Positions 21,339 through 32,112 of a stretch of DNA of 64,000 bases are shown here, piece after piece. Source of the stretch: Elsinoe ampelina (lineage: Eukaryota). Position numbers and translations under genes: made by a program. How positions within the stretch are numbered: position 1 is the stretch's first letter; each line of letters starts with the position of its first letter. The DNA is taken from the NCBI GenBank assembly GCA_010093995.1, contig ML992508.1, forward strand, positions 282,506 to 346,505. Reading direction: 5' to 3'. Under the pieces are notes generated by a model. It was not told the origin of the DNA. It worked only from the letters and a program-made list of their open reading frames with translations, and searched no databases.

Positions 21339-22085
21339 ATGTCCACCCTCCCACAATACAAACTCGACCTCCTCCGCCTCTGCCTCACCCACCGCATCCT
21401 CACCTTCGGCACCTTCACTCTCAAATCCGGCCGCACATCCCCCTACTTCTTCAACGCCGGCCTCTTCAACACCTCCTCGCTCCTCTCCGCCCTCTCCACC
21501 GCCTACGCCCAAACCATCGCCTCCGCGTTCCCTCCCACCTCCCCCTCCTCCTCCTCCTCCTCCCCACCATTCGACCTCCTCTTCGGCCCCGCCTACAAAG
21601 GCATCCCCCTCGCCTCCACCGTCCTCCTCTCTCTAGGCCACCTCGACGCCGCAACATACGGGGCCACATCCTACGCTTTCAACCGTAAAGAAGCAAAAGC
21701 GCACGGCGAAGGGGGGAATATAGTCGGGGCATCCCTCAAGGGGAAAAAGGTCCTCGTCATCGACGACGTCATCACCGCTGGCACCGCGATACGGGAGGCG
21801 GTGGAGATCATAAGGCGGGAGGGGGGCGAGGTGGTGGGGATTATTGTCGCGTTGGATAGGGGGGAGAAGGTGGCTAGTGAGGCGGAGAAGAGGGGGGAGA
21901 AGACGGACGGGAGGGAGGAGGAGGGGAGGTGTTCGACTGTTGAGATGGTGAGGAGGGAGGTGGGGGTTAGGGTCGAGGCGGTGTTGACGTTGGAGGATGT
22001 GATTCGGGGGTTGAAGGAGGCCGGGGGCGTGGGGGAGGAGGAGGTGAGGGGGATGGAGGAGTATAGGGGGAGATATGGTGCGTGA
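21339..22085 (+). CDS. URA5: Orotate phosphoribosyltransferase
   Basis: LTFGTFTLKSGRTSPYFFNAGLF, FGPAYKGIPLA, FNRKEAKAHGEGG and PRPP-binding VLVIDDVITAGTA. Confidence 0.97.
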   Translation: MSTLPQYKLDLLRLCLTHRILTFGTFTLKSGRTSPYFFNAGLFNTSSLLSALSTAYAQTIASAFPPTSPSSSSSSPPFDLLFGPAYKGIPLASTVLLSLGHLDAATYGATSYAFNRKEAKAHGEGGNIVGASLKGKKVLVIDDVITAGTAIREAVEIIRREGGEVVGIIVALDRGEKVASEAEKRGEKTDGREEEGRCSTVEMVRREVGVRVEAVLTLEDVIRGLKEAGGVGEEEVRGMEEYRGRYGA

Positions 22086-22300
22086 TCAAAAGGGGAGGGA
22101 ATAATGATTGATGATTTGGATTTCTGGCCGGGTGAAATACCGAAAAAGCTCGTGCCGGTTGTTTGGGCAGGCTGGGCTGAAAAGAATACTATATACAGAT
22201 AGATGGCGCTGAAAGTCCACTCAAAATCCTTGGTAGCATACAATGTCGTGATGTCGTTTCATGCATTTCTCAAAGCGCCCACAATACCCCTTAGCGCCAC

Positions 22301-24793
22301 TCACGATAAACTCCTCATTCCACCTTGCGCCAATCTCGCCGCAAGCACCGCCGCGTCAACCCCCTGGTCCCTGCTCGTCGCTCGTCGCTCAGGCAGCATG
22401 AACCGGTTCTCGTCGTCGAAATCGGACAGGCCAAAGTCATCAAACCCACTGTCTTGATGATTGATGCCCCTGAACCTTTGTCCGACCTCGGTCTCCATGT
22501 CGGGGAGGCCCGAGTCCTGGTGCTGCAAACCAAAGTCACCACGTTGAGAGAGCTGCGCCGATCGGGGATCGCTGACTTTCGAGGCGCTCCGTTGATCCTC
22601 GTCCAGAGCGGGAATGCTCAGAGGATGGTGGCTCGGGAGTCGGTCAACGCTGGATGGAGGAAGAGACATGGTCTTTGGGGACGAGACACGATCGGGGTCG
22701 CCGAGCTGAATCACCGCGACTGAGGGAGGCCCTTCTTGGGCAGGAGTCACAAAGTCATCCTCCACGCTGGTGTGGCTGCTACTCGGAGGAGGGTATCGCA
22801 CGGAGCTTCGCCCACGGTCATAACTGCGGCGAGAAGGGCGGAGGACGGCTTGGCCGGAAGGGGTCTGGTAGTAGTCCGACTCGGGGCCATCGGTCGCCAT
22901 GGCCATCTCTCGGTGCTGAGCAATGTCATCATGAGTGACGACGTGCGAAGGGTCCACTGCCTGAGAGCCATCGTGTGCATCGTCCTCGTTGTCGTCGGGA
23001 TCGGTTGCAGCACCTGCCTTGAACATAGCCGAGAGTACCAGTGCTGACTTGCGCTTGCGTGGGTCTGACTCCAGGCAGCTCTGGACAATCGAACGGTACC
23101 ACGCAGGAATGCTGGGATTGTCGAGTTCGTAGAGCTCCTCGTGTTCCAGACGATCGGGCTCATCGATTTGTTGTGCAAGTGCATACAGCACCATGCCCAG
23201 CTGATAGAGATCCGTCTTCGTGCTGATCATCATTGCGATTTTCTGCTTGCTGAGGATCATCTCCATAAGCTCTGGAGGCTCCCAGCCAATCGGACAACCT
23301 CGGCGGTTGAGGTCGATGATGTGAGCGTCATGTTGCTCGTCGATTACCACGTTACTCAGGGTGAAGTCGCCTTGGACAAATCCTGTCTCGTGAACAGCTG
23401 ATAGTGCCTCAATAATCTGGCCAGCCCACTTCTTCCGTCTCGACCACTTTAACGAGCCGTTGAATTCATAAATGAGCTCCGCGAGCGAGCCTCGAGATGC
23501 GAACGAAATGAGCAGCCCCTTGATGAGCTCGCCCGAATCGTCAGTGACGATACCCTGGAAGTCGATGACTCCCTTCTCTTCTCTCAGCATGTTCAATGCA
23601 TTCAGCTCATACATGAACTCATCAACGTTGTTCGGGCCAGGGATCTCCTTCTTCACACAGACCATGTCGCCAGCACGAACCTTGTAGACAAAGCCGGAAA
23701 GATGCGCATCGATGAGCACCTCGCTTTCCTTGAATCTCGGGACGCGGATGTGCTCAGCTTGGTCGATGAGAGGATAGTCGATAATCTCGTCAACATCTTC
23801 TGCAACGTAGATGTGTAAGCGATCATCATTTTCCGTCTTCAGCTTGAGATTAGTGACAGTGTCGAAGAATTTGATGTCGTCGAGTGAAACTCGAAGGGAC
23901 TCGTACACCCGCATATTCTTATCCCGCTGCAGTGTTAGTGTCCTGAGATCGTCCTCCATCGAATTGCGGCGGAGATGGCGATAATCCCAGGTGACAGTCA
24001 CTCGTCTCCAGAAGTTTGGCTTCTCCGCGTAAGTGATGAAGAGCTTCTCCTGTTTGCTGTCATCGCGGAACTGCATGCTAAGATTCAAGATCCACTTGGA
24101 GTCCAGCTCCTCGGACAGCTTCGCCTTGTCGATGGTTTCCGTGCTTGACGCTCTCGAGCTTGGCCGCCCATCGATGACATTTATGGGAAGCATGTCGAAC
24201 GGATCAGGATGGGATAGTATCTCTTCTTCAGGTTCGGCGTCCTCGGCAGTGTCGTCGAGTCTGAATCTTGAGAATTGATTTTGAACGTCTCTCGAATCTC
24301 GAAGAAGGGAGCTGCCTCCGTTTATCCTCTGGCGCGAGACCGAATTTGTCCTTGTGGTAGAGGATCCTCGACTGTTCTGTACCACCACCTGTCTCGTTTC
24401 GCTCACAGCTCGCTTGCGTGCATTGAGCTCGAGCTCATAGTGCGGTACAAGTGAAGGAGTGATTGGCCTCTCTTCACTCTTCAGCCGCCTGTGTCCTGGA
24501 GCTCGTGAACCCTCGCTTTTCCCTCTCCATTTCTGTGGTATCCGTCTCAGTAGACTGCGTCGTCTCGCCGATACTGTGGGTCCGATCGACGCCTGTGTAT
24601 CCTCTGTGATCTCCTCGTCATGTGTGTCGGGGAACTTTCCATCTTCATCACGGCGCTTCCTGGGGCTGAATCGTTGAATGTTCTGCAACAAGCTCCTGCG
24701 TCTGTGTCCTGCCCCGTCATACTGACTGTCCAGCTCTTTCGTAGTCCCTTCATTCACCCCGGTGGAGGTCGGTACAGGTACACCTTGTGGCAT
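22301..24793 (-). CDS. Protein-kinase-domain protein (atypical fungal kinase) with long disordered termini
   Basis: SGFVYKV...CVKKE, E(alphaC), catalytic loop VQGDFTLSNVV, IIDLN, GWEPPE, KTDLYQLGMVL and CL..DPRKR. Confidence 0.85.
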   Translation of the reverse strand: MPQGVPVPTSTGVNEGTTKELDSQYDGAGHRRRSLLQNIQRFSPRKRRDEDGKFPDTHDEEITEDTQASIGPTVSARRRSLLRRIPQKWRGKSEGSRAPGHRRLKSEERPITPSLVPHYELELNARKRAVSETRQVVVQNSRGSSTTRTNSVSRQRINGGSSLLRDSRDVQNQFSRFRLDDTAEDAEPEEEILSHPDPFDMLPINVIDGRPSSRASSTETIDKAKLSEELDSKWILNLSMQFRDDSKQEKLFITYAEKPNFWRRVTVTWDYRHLRRNSMEDDLRTLTLQRDKNMRVYESLRVSLDDIKFFDTVTNLKLKTENDDRLHIYVAEDVDEIIDYPLIDQAEHIRVPRFKESEVLIDAHLSGFVYKVRAGDMVCVKKEIPGPNNVDEFMYELNALNMLREEKGVIDFQGIVTDDSGELIKGLLISFASRGSLAELIYEFNGSLKWSRRKKWAGQIIEALSAVHETGFVQGDFTLSNVVIDEQHDAHIIDLNRRGCPIGWEPPELMEMILSKQKIAMMISTKTDLYQLGMVLYALAQQIDEPDRLEHEELYELDNPSIPAWYRSIVQSCLESDPRKRKSALVLSAMFKAGAATDPDDNEDDAHDGSQAVDPSHVVTHDDIAQHREMAMATDGPESDYYQTPSGQAVLRPSRRSYDRGRSSVRYPPPSSSHTSVEDDFVTPAQEGPPSVAVIQLGDPDRVSSPKTMSLPPSSVDRLPSHHPLSIPALDEDQRSASKVSDPRSAQLSQRGDFGLQHQDSGLPDMETEVGQRFRGINHQDSGFDDFGLSDFDDENRFMLPERRATSRDQGVDAAVLAARLAQGGMRSLS

Positions 24794-26005
24794 CCTCTAA
24801 GCAGCATGGGTAGTCCCGCTCCTTGGGTGATTCACAGGCGTCCTGCTACCGACAACACGTGCTTTCGAGATTTGGGTCGGGTAGTGGTACAGAATATAGC
24901 GAGTTATCAATTGTGCTCGGTGCGTCGGATTGACACGTTTGGTTTGCTACAAACGCGTTGTGCCGCGCCATTTGTGTAATCTACCAGCTGGGGAGCGGTG
25001 ACTGTAGATGGCTGCTTGTGGTCGATGTCATTCCCGGTTGTTCGAGTCAGAGGTCGGGTTTCACTTAAATCAAGATATGAGCAAATAGGTGATCAAAGAA
25101 GTGAGCGGTCAAGCCATTGGTGCCTTAGGCGTCATCATACGAATCCTTGCCTTGCCAGAGGATGCGGTGTGTTGGGCTGTGCAGAAATGGTGGCTGGGTA
25201 TCACGAATTGTTCCTTGCTTGACCGGGAAGATGGCGATTGCCTGCCACGCGGTATTTCGAAGACGCGAAGCTGAAGTACTCGCGCTGACGAAATTGAAGC
25301 GAGTATAGAGAAGGGCTGTCAAGCATGGTGATAGTAGAGCGGAAGGTGATCCAAATACAAAGGTAGCTATAGCTGAGAGAATGGTCACTGACGACTAAAG
25401 TGGCTAGACTAAATATCTTGGTGTCGTTCTCAGCACACTTCGAGACGCATCTTTGACTTCCAGTCCTTTCTTCCGCTTACCACACCAAGGATCGTAGCAT
25501 CGTGATCAAGGCATATACTTCTTCCTCGTGTGGCATATCGATTCTTGGTCGCATAAATCGTCGAGTCGTTGACATCACAACACATGAAGCCAGCCGTTGA
25601 GTCAGGCACTGAGGAGCCTGTCACAGGATGTGCCTATAGTTGAGATTATTGCATGACTTCTTCAAAGCGGAAGAGTAAAGCCGAAGCGTTCGACCGTTGC
25701 ATCGCCCATGGGATAGCCACGGCAACAGTACGACTAGTGGGTGGCTTTTCACCGGTAAGAATGAATCTTCTCTGGCGCTGCGAGGCATTGGGCCCACGTT
25801 CCTCTCTGCGCTCGGCAGATATAGCGTTTTCTGGCTCGCAAACTGATAAGGCACATGGTCTAAACGTTCGGCAAATCCGTACAGCAGTTCCAAACGACAC
25901 TTCGTGTCTATGCCTTGTGCCCGTCTCAAAGTGCGGCGGCTGCGCATCTTTACCTCGCACTTCAAACTCGACCGCCGCGCAAGTGGCGACGGATGGACGA
26001 CTGTC

Positions 26006-27230
26006 ATGGCACAATTCACCCGCGAGGAGGAAGCGGCACTTGCAGTCCTGCAGCATCTCGGTCGGACGCTGATTGCTCTCACGATGCTCACCCTTCTATT
26101 GCGGCTGGGGACCAGATTATTGATCCTACGGCGTATTGGATACGATGATCTCGCCATCATTCTTGCCAGCGTCGGTGTATCTCATTGAAGGCGGACCAAG
26201 CACTCACAACTTACAGGCCGCTGGTTGCGCTGGCTTGATATGCACATGGCTTGCGATCGAGCCTTTAGGCGCTCTATTTCATGGCGACAAGACACGGATG
26301 AAGCTGGGAATATCCGTGGGTACAAGGATCAAATGATATTGTCAGAACTGACATTGACAGTATGCTCTCGCATCATCCTTCCTGTACATCTGGATCATGA
26401 CATTGTTAAAGATATCCCTTGGATTCTTCTTCTACCGAATCTTCGCGACGCAACTAAAGCACAGAATCATCATCATTGTCACTGTGTTAGTTCCAACCCT
26501 GTTGGGCATCATCTACTTTGCCGTCTCGGCAAGCACATGCGGTCCAGTCGCTTACTTGTTCGGCCTTCGTGACTGCCCTATCTTTCCGGTCTACCGCAAC
26601 CTCGCGCGGGTCTGGGGCGCGCAGAACGTGGTTTCGGACCTGGTCTTTCCCATCTTGTCGATCAACGTTATACGCAAATCAGAGATGAAACGAATGACGA
26701 AAATCTTTGCTGGCATATTGGTCTGCATCGCGACTTTCGGAAGTGTAGCTTCCGTCATCAGACTTGCCGTACTTGCACCTTCGACCAAGCTATCGACCTT
26801 CACCAAAACGATCTACAGTGCTGTCTGGACACAACTTGAAGCAAGTGTCGGCATCATTTGCGCCAACATTGCCTGCCTGCGCCCACTCGGTCATGTGATG
26901 ATCGACTGTTACCAGAAGCGTTGGGGTCCACAAGTGACCTGGATGCCTAGGGTAGACCATTCGCGGACTGAAGAGACAATCTCCAAGAAGACGGCCACAA
27001 CCGTCGGGACCATAAGCGTAGCAACACTGTTGTTCCGTCTGAACAGCGTGTTTAGCGACAGTGTAGTGATGGACGTGCAACACGACTGGCGGGACGATCG
27101 AATATCCCAAGGACAAGAGCTTCAAGTGCCTGCTCAAGCTGTCCTTACCCAGCGAGTGAGCATGGTTGTTCCCCAGAAGCTCGGAGACAAGGACATCCAG
27201 ATACACACGCACAGTGTGGACGGACCATAG
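26006..27230 (+). CDS. PTH11-like / fungal rhodopsin-domain integral membrane protein, 3 exons
   Basis: LRLGTR...RIGYDD, LLKISLGFFFYRIF, SDLVFPIL, ASVIRL and W..LEASVGIICANIACLRPL. GT-AG introns near 26171-26217 and 26316-26360. Confidence 0.85.
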
Positions 27231-27605
27231 CATGACATGTAGTAACGGCAAAACACGAATTTCAACCACACAACCCTCTCCAACCTGCCACCTATAATGC
27301 CGTCTTAGCCATCCTGCCGCGCTGCAAAATCATCCTCGCCTGCTGTCTTGGGAGATTGAGGTTCCAAGCGCCTCGTCGACCCTTGACCCCGCGATTGGCG
27401 GAAAATCAACTCGTGGCTCCACGATTTTTTGCCCCGCAAGCAGGGCAAAGCATCCGGGGGCCAATTAATCCCTGCAAAGCATTTGCCGGGAAACAACCAA
27501 GATGCATGGATGCTGGGTAGTGTAGAAAATGGAAGTAGAAGTTCCGCAATATAATAAGACGACTGGGAGCCGCCCCTACCATGCGTGGCATCCTAGTCAC
27601 AAGAA

Positions 27606-28607
27606 ATGCGTGTCTCGTATACCGCCCTCTTGGGCCTTGTGTCCAGCGCCGCGCCGAACAGATATGTCCGCACCACTCCACCATCTGGCGCCGTCCTCGT
27701 CGACAGCACCGGTACCCAGCCAAGCAGTGTCCTGACTGTCGGCGCCGCCATCGCCCGTCTGGCCAACATCACCGATGCACAATCCATCTTCATCTACCCC
27801 GGCGTCTACCGCGAGCAAGTCTACATCCCCCCTCTCGCCGGGCCCCTCACCGTCCAAGGCTACACCTCCGACGCCCGCTCCTACTCTGACAACCAAGTCA
27901 CCATCACCTTCAACCTCTCCCGCACCACCCCCGGCCTCGCCAACAACGACGCCACCTCCACCGTCCGCCTGTGGACCAAAAACGTCAAACTCTACAACCT
28001 CAACATCGCCAACACCTTCGGCTCCGCGCCCACCAACGGCCAAGCCCTCGCCCTCTCCGCCCAAGCCACCAACCAGGGTTTCTACGGGTGCAACTTCACC
28101 GGCTACCAAGACACCATCTACGCCAACGAAGGCCGCCAGATCTACGCGCAATCCTTCATCGGCGGGGCCACCGACTTCATCTTCGGCCTGCGCGCAAGAG
28201 CCTGGTTCGAAGAAGTGGACATTGACGTTATCGGGCCGGGGTTCATCACCGCCAACGGTCGCGAGGCGGAGAACAACACCAGCTTCTACGTGTTCAACAA
28301 GGCGCGCATCGAGGGGAGTAGCGGGCCGAACTCGACGTACCTCGGGAGACCGTGGAGGCAGTTCAGCAGGGTGGTGTTTCAGAGGAGTTATATCAGTGAT
28401 GTGGTGCGGCCAGAGGGGTGGTCGAGGTGGGACGCGGTGCAGACGACGGCGAATGTGGTGTATAGGGAGTATAAGAATTATGGGCCCGGGGCGGGGACGG
28501 CGGCGAGGGCGAATTTTAGCTCGCAGGCGACGGAGCCGGTGAAGATTGCGGAGATTTTGGGGAAGAATTATGAGAAGGAGGTCTGGGTGGATAGGACTTA
28601 CCTCTAG
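27606..28607 (+). CDS. Pectin methylesterase (CE8), secreted
   Basis: Signal peptide; IYPGVYREQV, GQALAL, GYQDT, DFIFG and YLGRPW motifs. Confidence 0.96.
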   Translation: MRVSYTALLGLVSSAAPNRYVRTTPPSGAVLVDSTGTQPSSVLTVGAAIARLANITDAQSIFIYPGVYREQVYIPPLAGPLTVQGYTSDARSYSDNQVTITFNLSRTTPGLANNDATSTVRLWTKNVKLYNLNIANTFGSAPTNGQALALSAQATNQGFYGCNFTGYQDTIYANEGRQIYAQSFIGGATDFIFGLRARAWFEEVDIDVIGPGFITANGREAENNTSFYVFNKARIEGSSGPNSTYLGRPWRQFSRVVFQRSYISDVVRPEGWSRWDAVQTTANVVYREYKNYGPGAGTAARANFSSQATEPVKIAEILGKNYEKEVWVDRTYL

Positions 28608-29789
28608 TTGAACTGGGTTAGGGGGGGATGTATTAATGAAAATGCTCCCTATGGAAGAGGCATGGCTGCTCTGTTGCACGAGCTTGAAGCTGTCCCTGAT
28701 GCATTCCTTTGCACCTTGAGAAATGGCAGCAGGAAGTGCTGCAGATGAGTCCGACGTCCGGTTCAGATGGAGCTTGTTGCAGTGATGACGTTCCCTTGCC
28801 ATTCGAGATTCTTAGCTCTTGATTCTCGCGAGGACGCGCCAGTGTATCGCTCCTCCAGTCACTCTGTCAATCGAGTCGATCTGAAGTCCAGCTGTGAAGA
28901 ATGCTACGATAGAGAGGTAAGCATTGTGCAAGCCCCTTATAATCGACAGGGAGCAGCTTGTGGCTTGATCTGCTTGTGATCAGAGATAAAGACCAATGCT
29001 TGAGTTTGCGCAACGTCGATCCCTTACGCGGCTTGATCGAGGATGCTTTTCGCTAGGATGCGGCGATGAAAACATCTCGAGTGCCACCAAGCCGGTGCGC
29101 GATTGTAGTTGAAGATATGAAATGTCCTGCCCGAGCCATGTTCCCCATCGCCCGGCACCACCCAAGCCATGACGCCCCCATCTCGTACGGCCAGCTCCCA
29201 CCACGCAAAGCCATCTGAACCATTTCCCCTCCCCAAGAACGACGTTGGCGATCCACCAGAAAAACATGCCTTGGAAGAGCAAAACCAGCCGACACATCAA
29301 CGCCAGGGTCTCGCCAAGTCCCCACCTCGTCCCCCTATGACAGATGCAATTGGTCAGAGCCAACGCCGGTCGACGTTCTTATCAACCCTCCGAAGCCGGG
29401 GCACGATAACACTGCAGCGTTGCGCCCACGGTGGTTCTGAGCGCGGGGGAAGGGGCAGAGATACGGAATGGCTAGGGTTTGGGTGGTACTTATCTGCCAT
29501 TCAGCCATTGAAGATTGTTATAATACATGGAGGTCGCGTTCGTACGTTAGGTTGTTTTCGCGCTTCGCTGTTTCGTTGTCTCTACCTGGACGTTCCGGGA
29601 CCTTTTCGGGCTTGAAACGGCAAACCGCAAAGGACGATAACATCTGAAGCAAGACATTGGGTCTCTGCTGTGATCAATTCCTTTTGCATTGATATACTAC
29701 TTCGAATCTACATCCCCGATCAAAAATTTGGAAATTCGGTGGTTCTGGTAGTTCCTCCCCGCCACCGCCACCGCCACCCCCCTATCAAA

Positions 29790-31555
29790 ATGCCTTCCAC
29801 CGACGGCCTTCTCAGGCGCCTGGTAAGTCCTACAGGCCCTTCTGGTCGTCTACAAGCTCATCCCATCCCAGGAAACAAGTCATGAATCCGGCTTAAGCAG
29901 CAAACAACTTTTCCTCGTCAACTTCGATCTCAAGCCCGTCGAACCAGAGCGACGACAGTGGCGAGGCCGCAACTTCGTCGGTTTCTGGGTGTCCGATAGT
30001 GTGAACATTAACACTTGGATGATCGCGGCCTCATCTCTGGAGCAAGGACTCTCGTGGTGGCAGGCCTGGATCTGCGTGTGGGTGGGTTACAGTATCACGG
30101 CCATCTTCATCTGCATGACTGGCAGGATCGGTGCCATGTACCACATTGGGTTCCCAGTCGTTGCTCGGTCGAGCTTCGGGATATGGGGCTCTCTTTGGCC
30201 TGTGCTTAATCGCGCCGTCATGGCATGCATCTGGTATGGAGTCCAGTCCTGGATCGGAGGACAGTGTGTGTTCCTAATGATCGCCGCAATCTGGCCGTCC
30301 TTTTGGCAGCGTGAGTCGCTTAATGCCCCCATCGCCATGGGAGGTACCGTCAACTACTTCATTGGCTTCATCCTCTTCTGGTTGGGGTCGTTGCCTTTCA
30401 TCTGGTTTCCAGTACACAAGATCAGACACTTGTTCACTGTCAAGGCATACGTAGTCCCCGTGGCGGGTGTAGCTCTGATGATCTGGGCGCTGGTAAGAGC
30501 TGGTGGAGCTGGCCCAGTCGTCCGGCAGGGTGCCACTGCCTCTGGTTCAGCTCTGGCATGGGCTATCATTGCCGGTATCATGTCGGCAGTGTCCAATTTT
30601 GCGACGTTGATCGTGAATGTGAGTACGCCGTCAATAGTGTAGATCTTTGCTGATGTATTAGGACCCTGACTTCAGTCGTTTCGCCACTGAAACATCGGAT
30701 GCCTTTCTGCCTCAGCTCCTCTCAATCCCAATCTCGTTTGGTCTCACTTCTTTCGTTGGTATCATGGTGGGATCTGCCTCTGCAGTCATCTTCCCCAACA
30801 GCGGACCGACCTGGAATCCTCTGGAGCTGATGCGTAAGTTTCTCGATGGCGGTGACCTCTATCCTCTTGGGAGTTCAGGTGACAGGGCTGGCGTCTTCTT
30901 CATAGCAGCGGCCTTTGTCCTTGCGCAGTTGGGCACCAACATTGCCGCGAACTCGATCTCAGCTGGCACAGATCTGACTGCGCTATTCCCCCGGTTTATA
31001 AACATTCGGAGAGGTGGTTACATCTGTGCGCTTGTTGGCCTAGTCATCTGTCCATGGCAATTCCTCACAAGCGCAAGTAACTTCACCACGTATCTCTCCG
31101 CCTACTCGGTCTTTCTATCATCCATTGCCGGCCCAATGATCACGGACTACTTCCTGGTCCGGAAAGGCTACCTCCAGATCCGCGACTTGTACAGCGCCGA
31201 TCCCCATGGTCCATACTATGCAACATACGGCTGTCAGTGGCGTGGCTACGCAGCCTATATCTGCGGTATCTTGATCAACGTTGTGGGATTTGCAGGTGCA
31301 GTTGGAACAGAAGTGCCAATTGGAGCGACGTATGTGTACCGTCTGAACTTCTTCACTGGGTTCATCGTCTCGTCTGGCGTGTACTGGGGGCTCTGCACGG
31401 CTTTCCCTGTTCCTGCTTGCAGTCCTACTGGCAAGTGGCTTGAGATTGGCGGCGAGATTGAGGATGTCACGCTCGCAGAGGGCGCTGATCCAAAGGATTC
31501 GCCTCGTTTCTCCGACGAGGAGGGAAAGAAGAATTATACTACCACAGTTGTCTGA
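29790..31555 (+). CDS. NCS1-family nucleobase permease (Fur4/uracil-allantoin permease-like), 3 exons
   Basis: DLKPVEPERRQW...FWVSDSVNINTW, RSSFGIWG, NFATLIVN|DPDFSRFA, NIAANSISAGTD and INIRRGG...ICPW. Introns after 29822 and 30618. Confidence 0.92.
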
Positions 31556-32112
31556 TCTGGTAGGATCAGTCTGGCGGGCATGAGGATGATATTTATGATA
31601 GATAGACTGTCCTTGCAATTGGCTTGGTAGTTGAATGATACTATGACCGTTGACCTTGAGTGCCGGTTCGTTCCCACGGCGGTCGTTGTGGGGAGAAAGA
31701 AGAATCATATCACCACAGTTGTCTGTTCTGGCAGGATCTGTCAGGCGGGCATGGCGATGACATCTACAATAGATGGACAACGCGCCTTTGTAACTCGGTC
31801 TGGTAGTTGAATGTTACTTTGATCGTTAGAATTATACTACCACAGTTGTCTGTTCTGGTAGGATCTGTCAGGCGGGCATGGCGATGACATTTATAATAGA
31901 TGGACAACGCGCCTTTGTAACTCGGTCTGGTAGTTGAATGATACTTTGATCGTTAAATTTATACTACCACAGTTCTCTGATCTAGTGGGATCAGTCAGTT
32001 GGGCATGCAGATGACATTTATGATAGAGAGACTATCCTTGCAGATCGGCTTGGTAGTTACATGATACTATGATTGTTGACCTTGACTGCCTGTCCGTTCC
32101 CACGGCCGTTGC
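31525..32112. repeat. Imperfect tandem array of four units (about 127-171 bp) filling the convergent intergenic region
   Basis: Units begin GAATTATACTACCACAGTTGTCTG or a close variant at about 31531, 31702, 31829 and 31956. Units 2 and 3 are nearly identical. Confidence 0.9.

Noticed and set aside
27597..28802. Long antisense and alternate-frame ORFs over GC-rich genes (also 764-1330, 16363-17190, 18556-19284, 51527-52414)
   Set aside because: Shadows of real genes caused by codon bias and skew; low-complexity translations without motifs.
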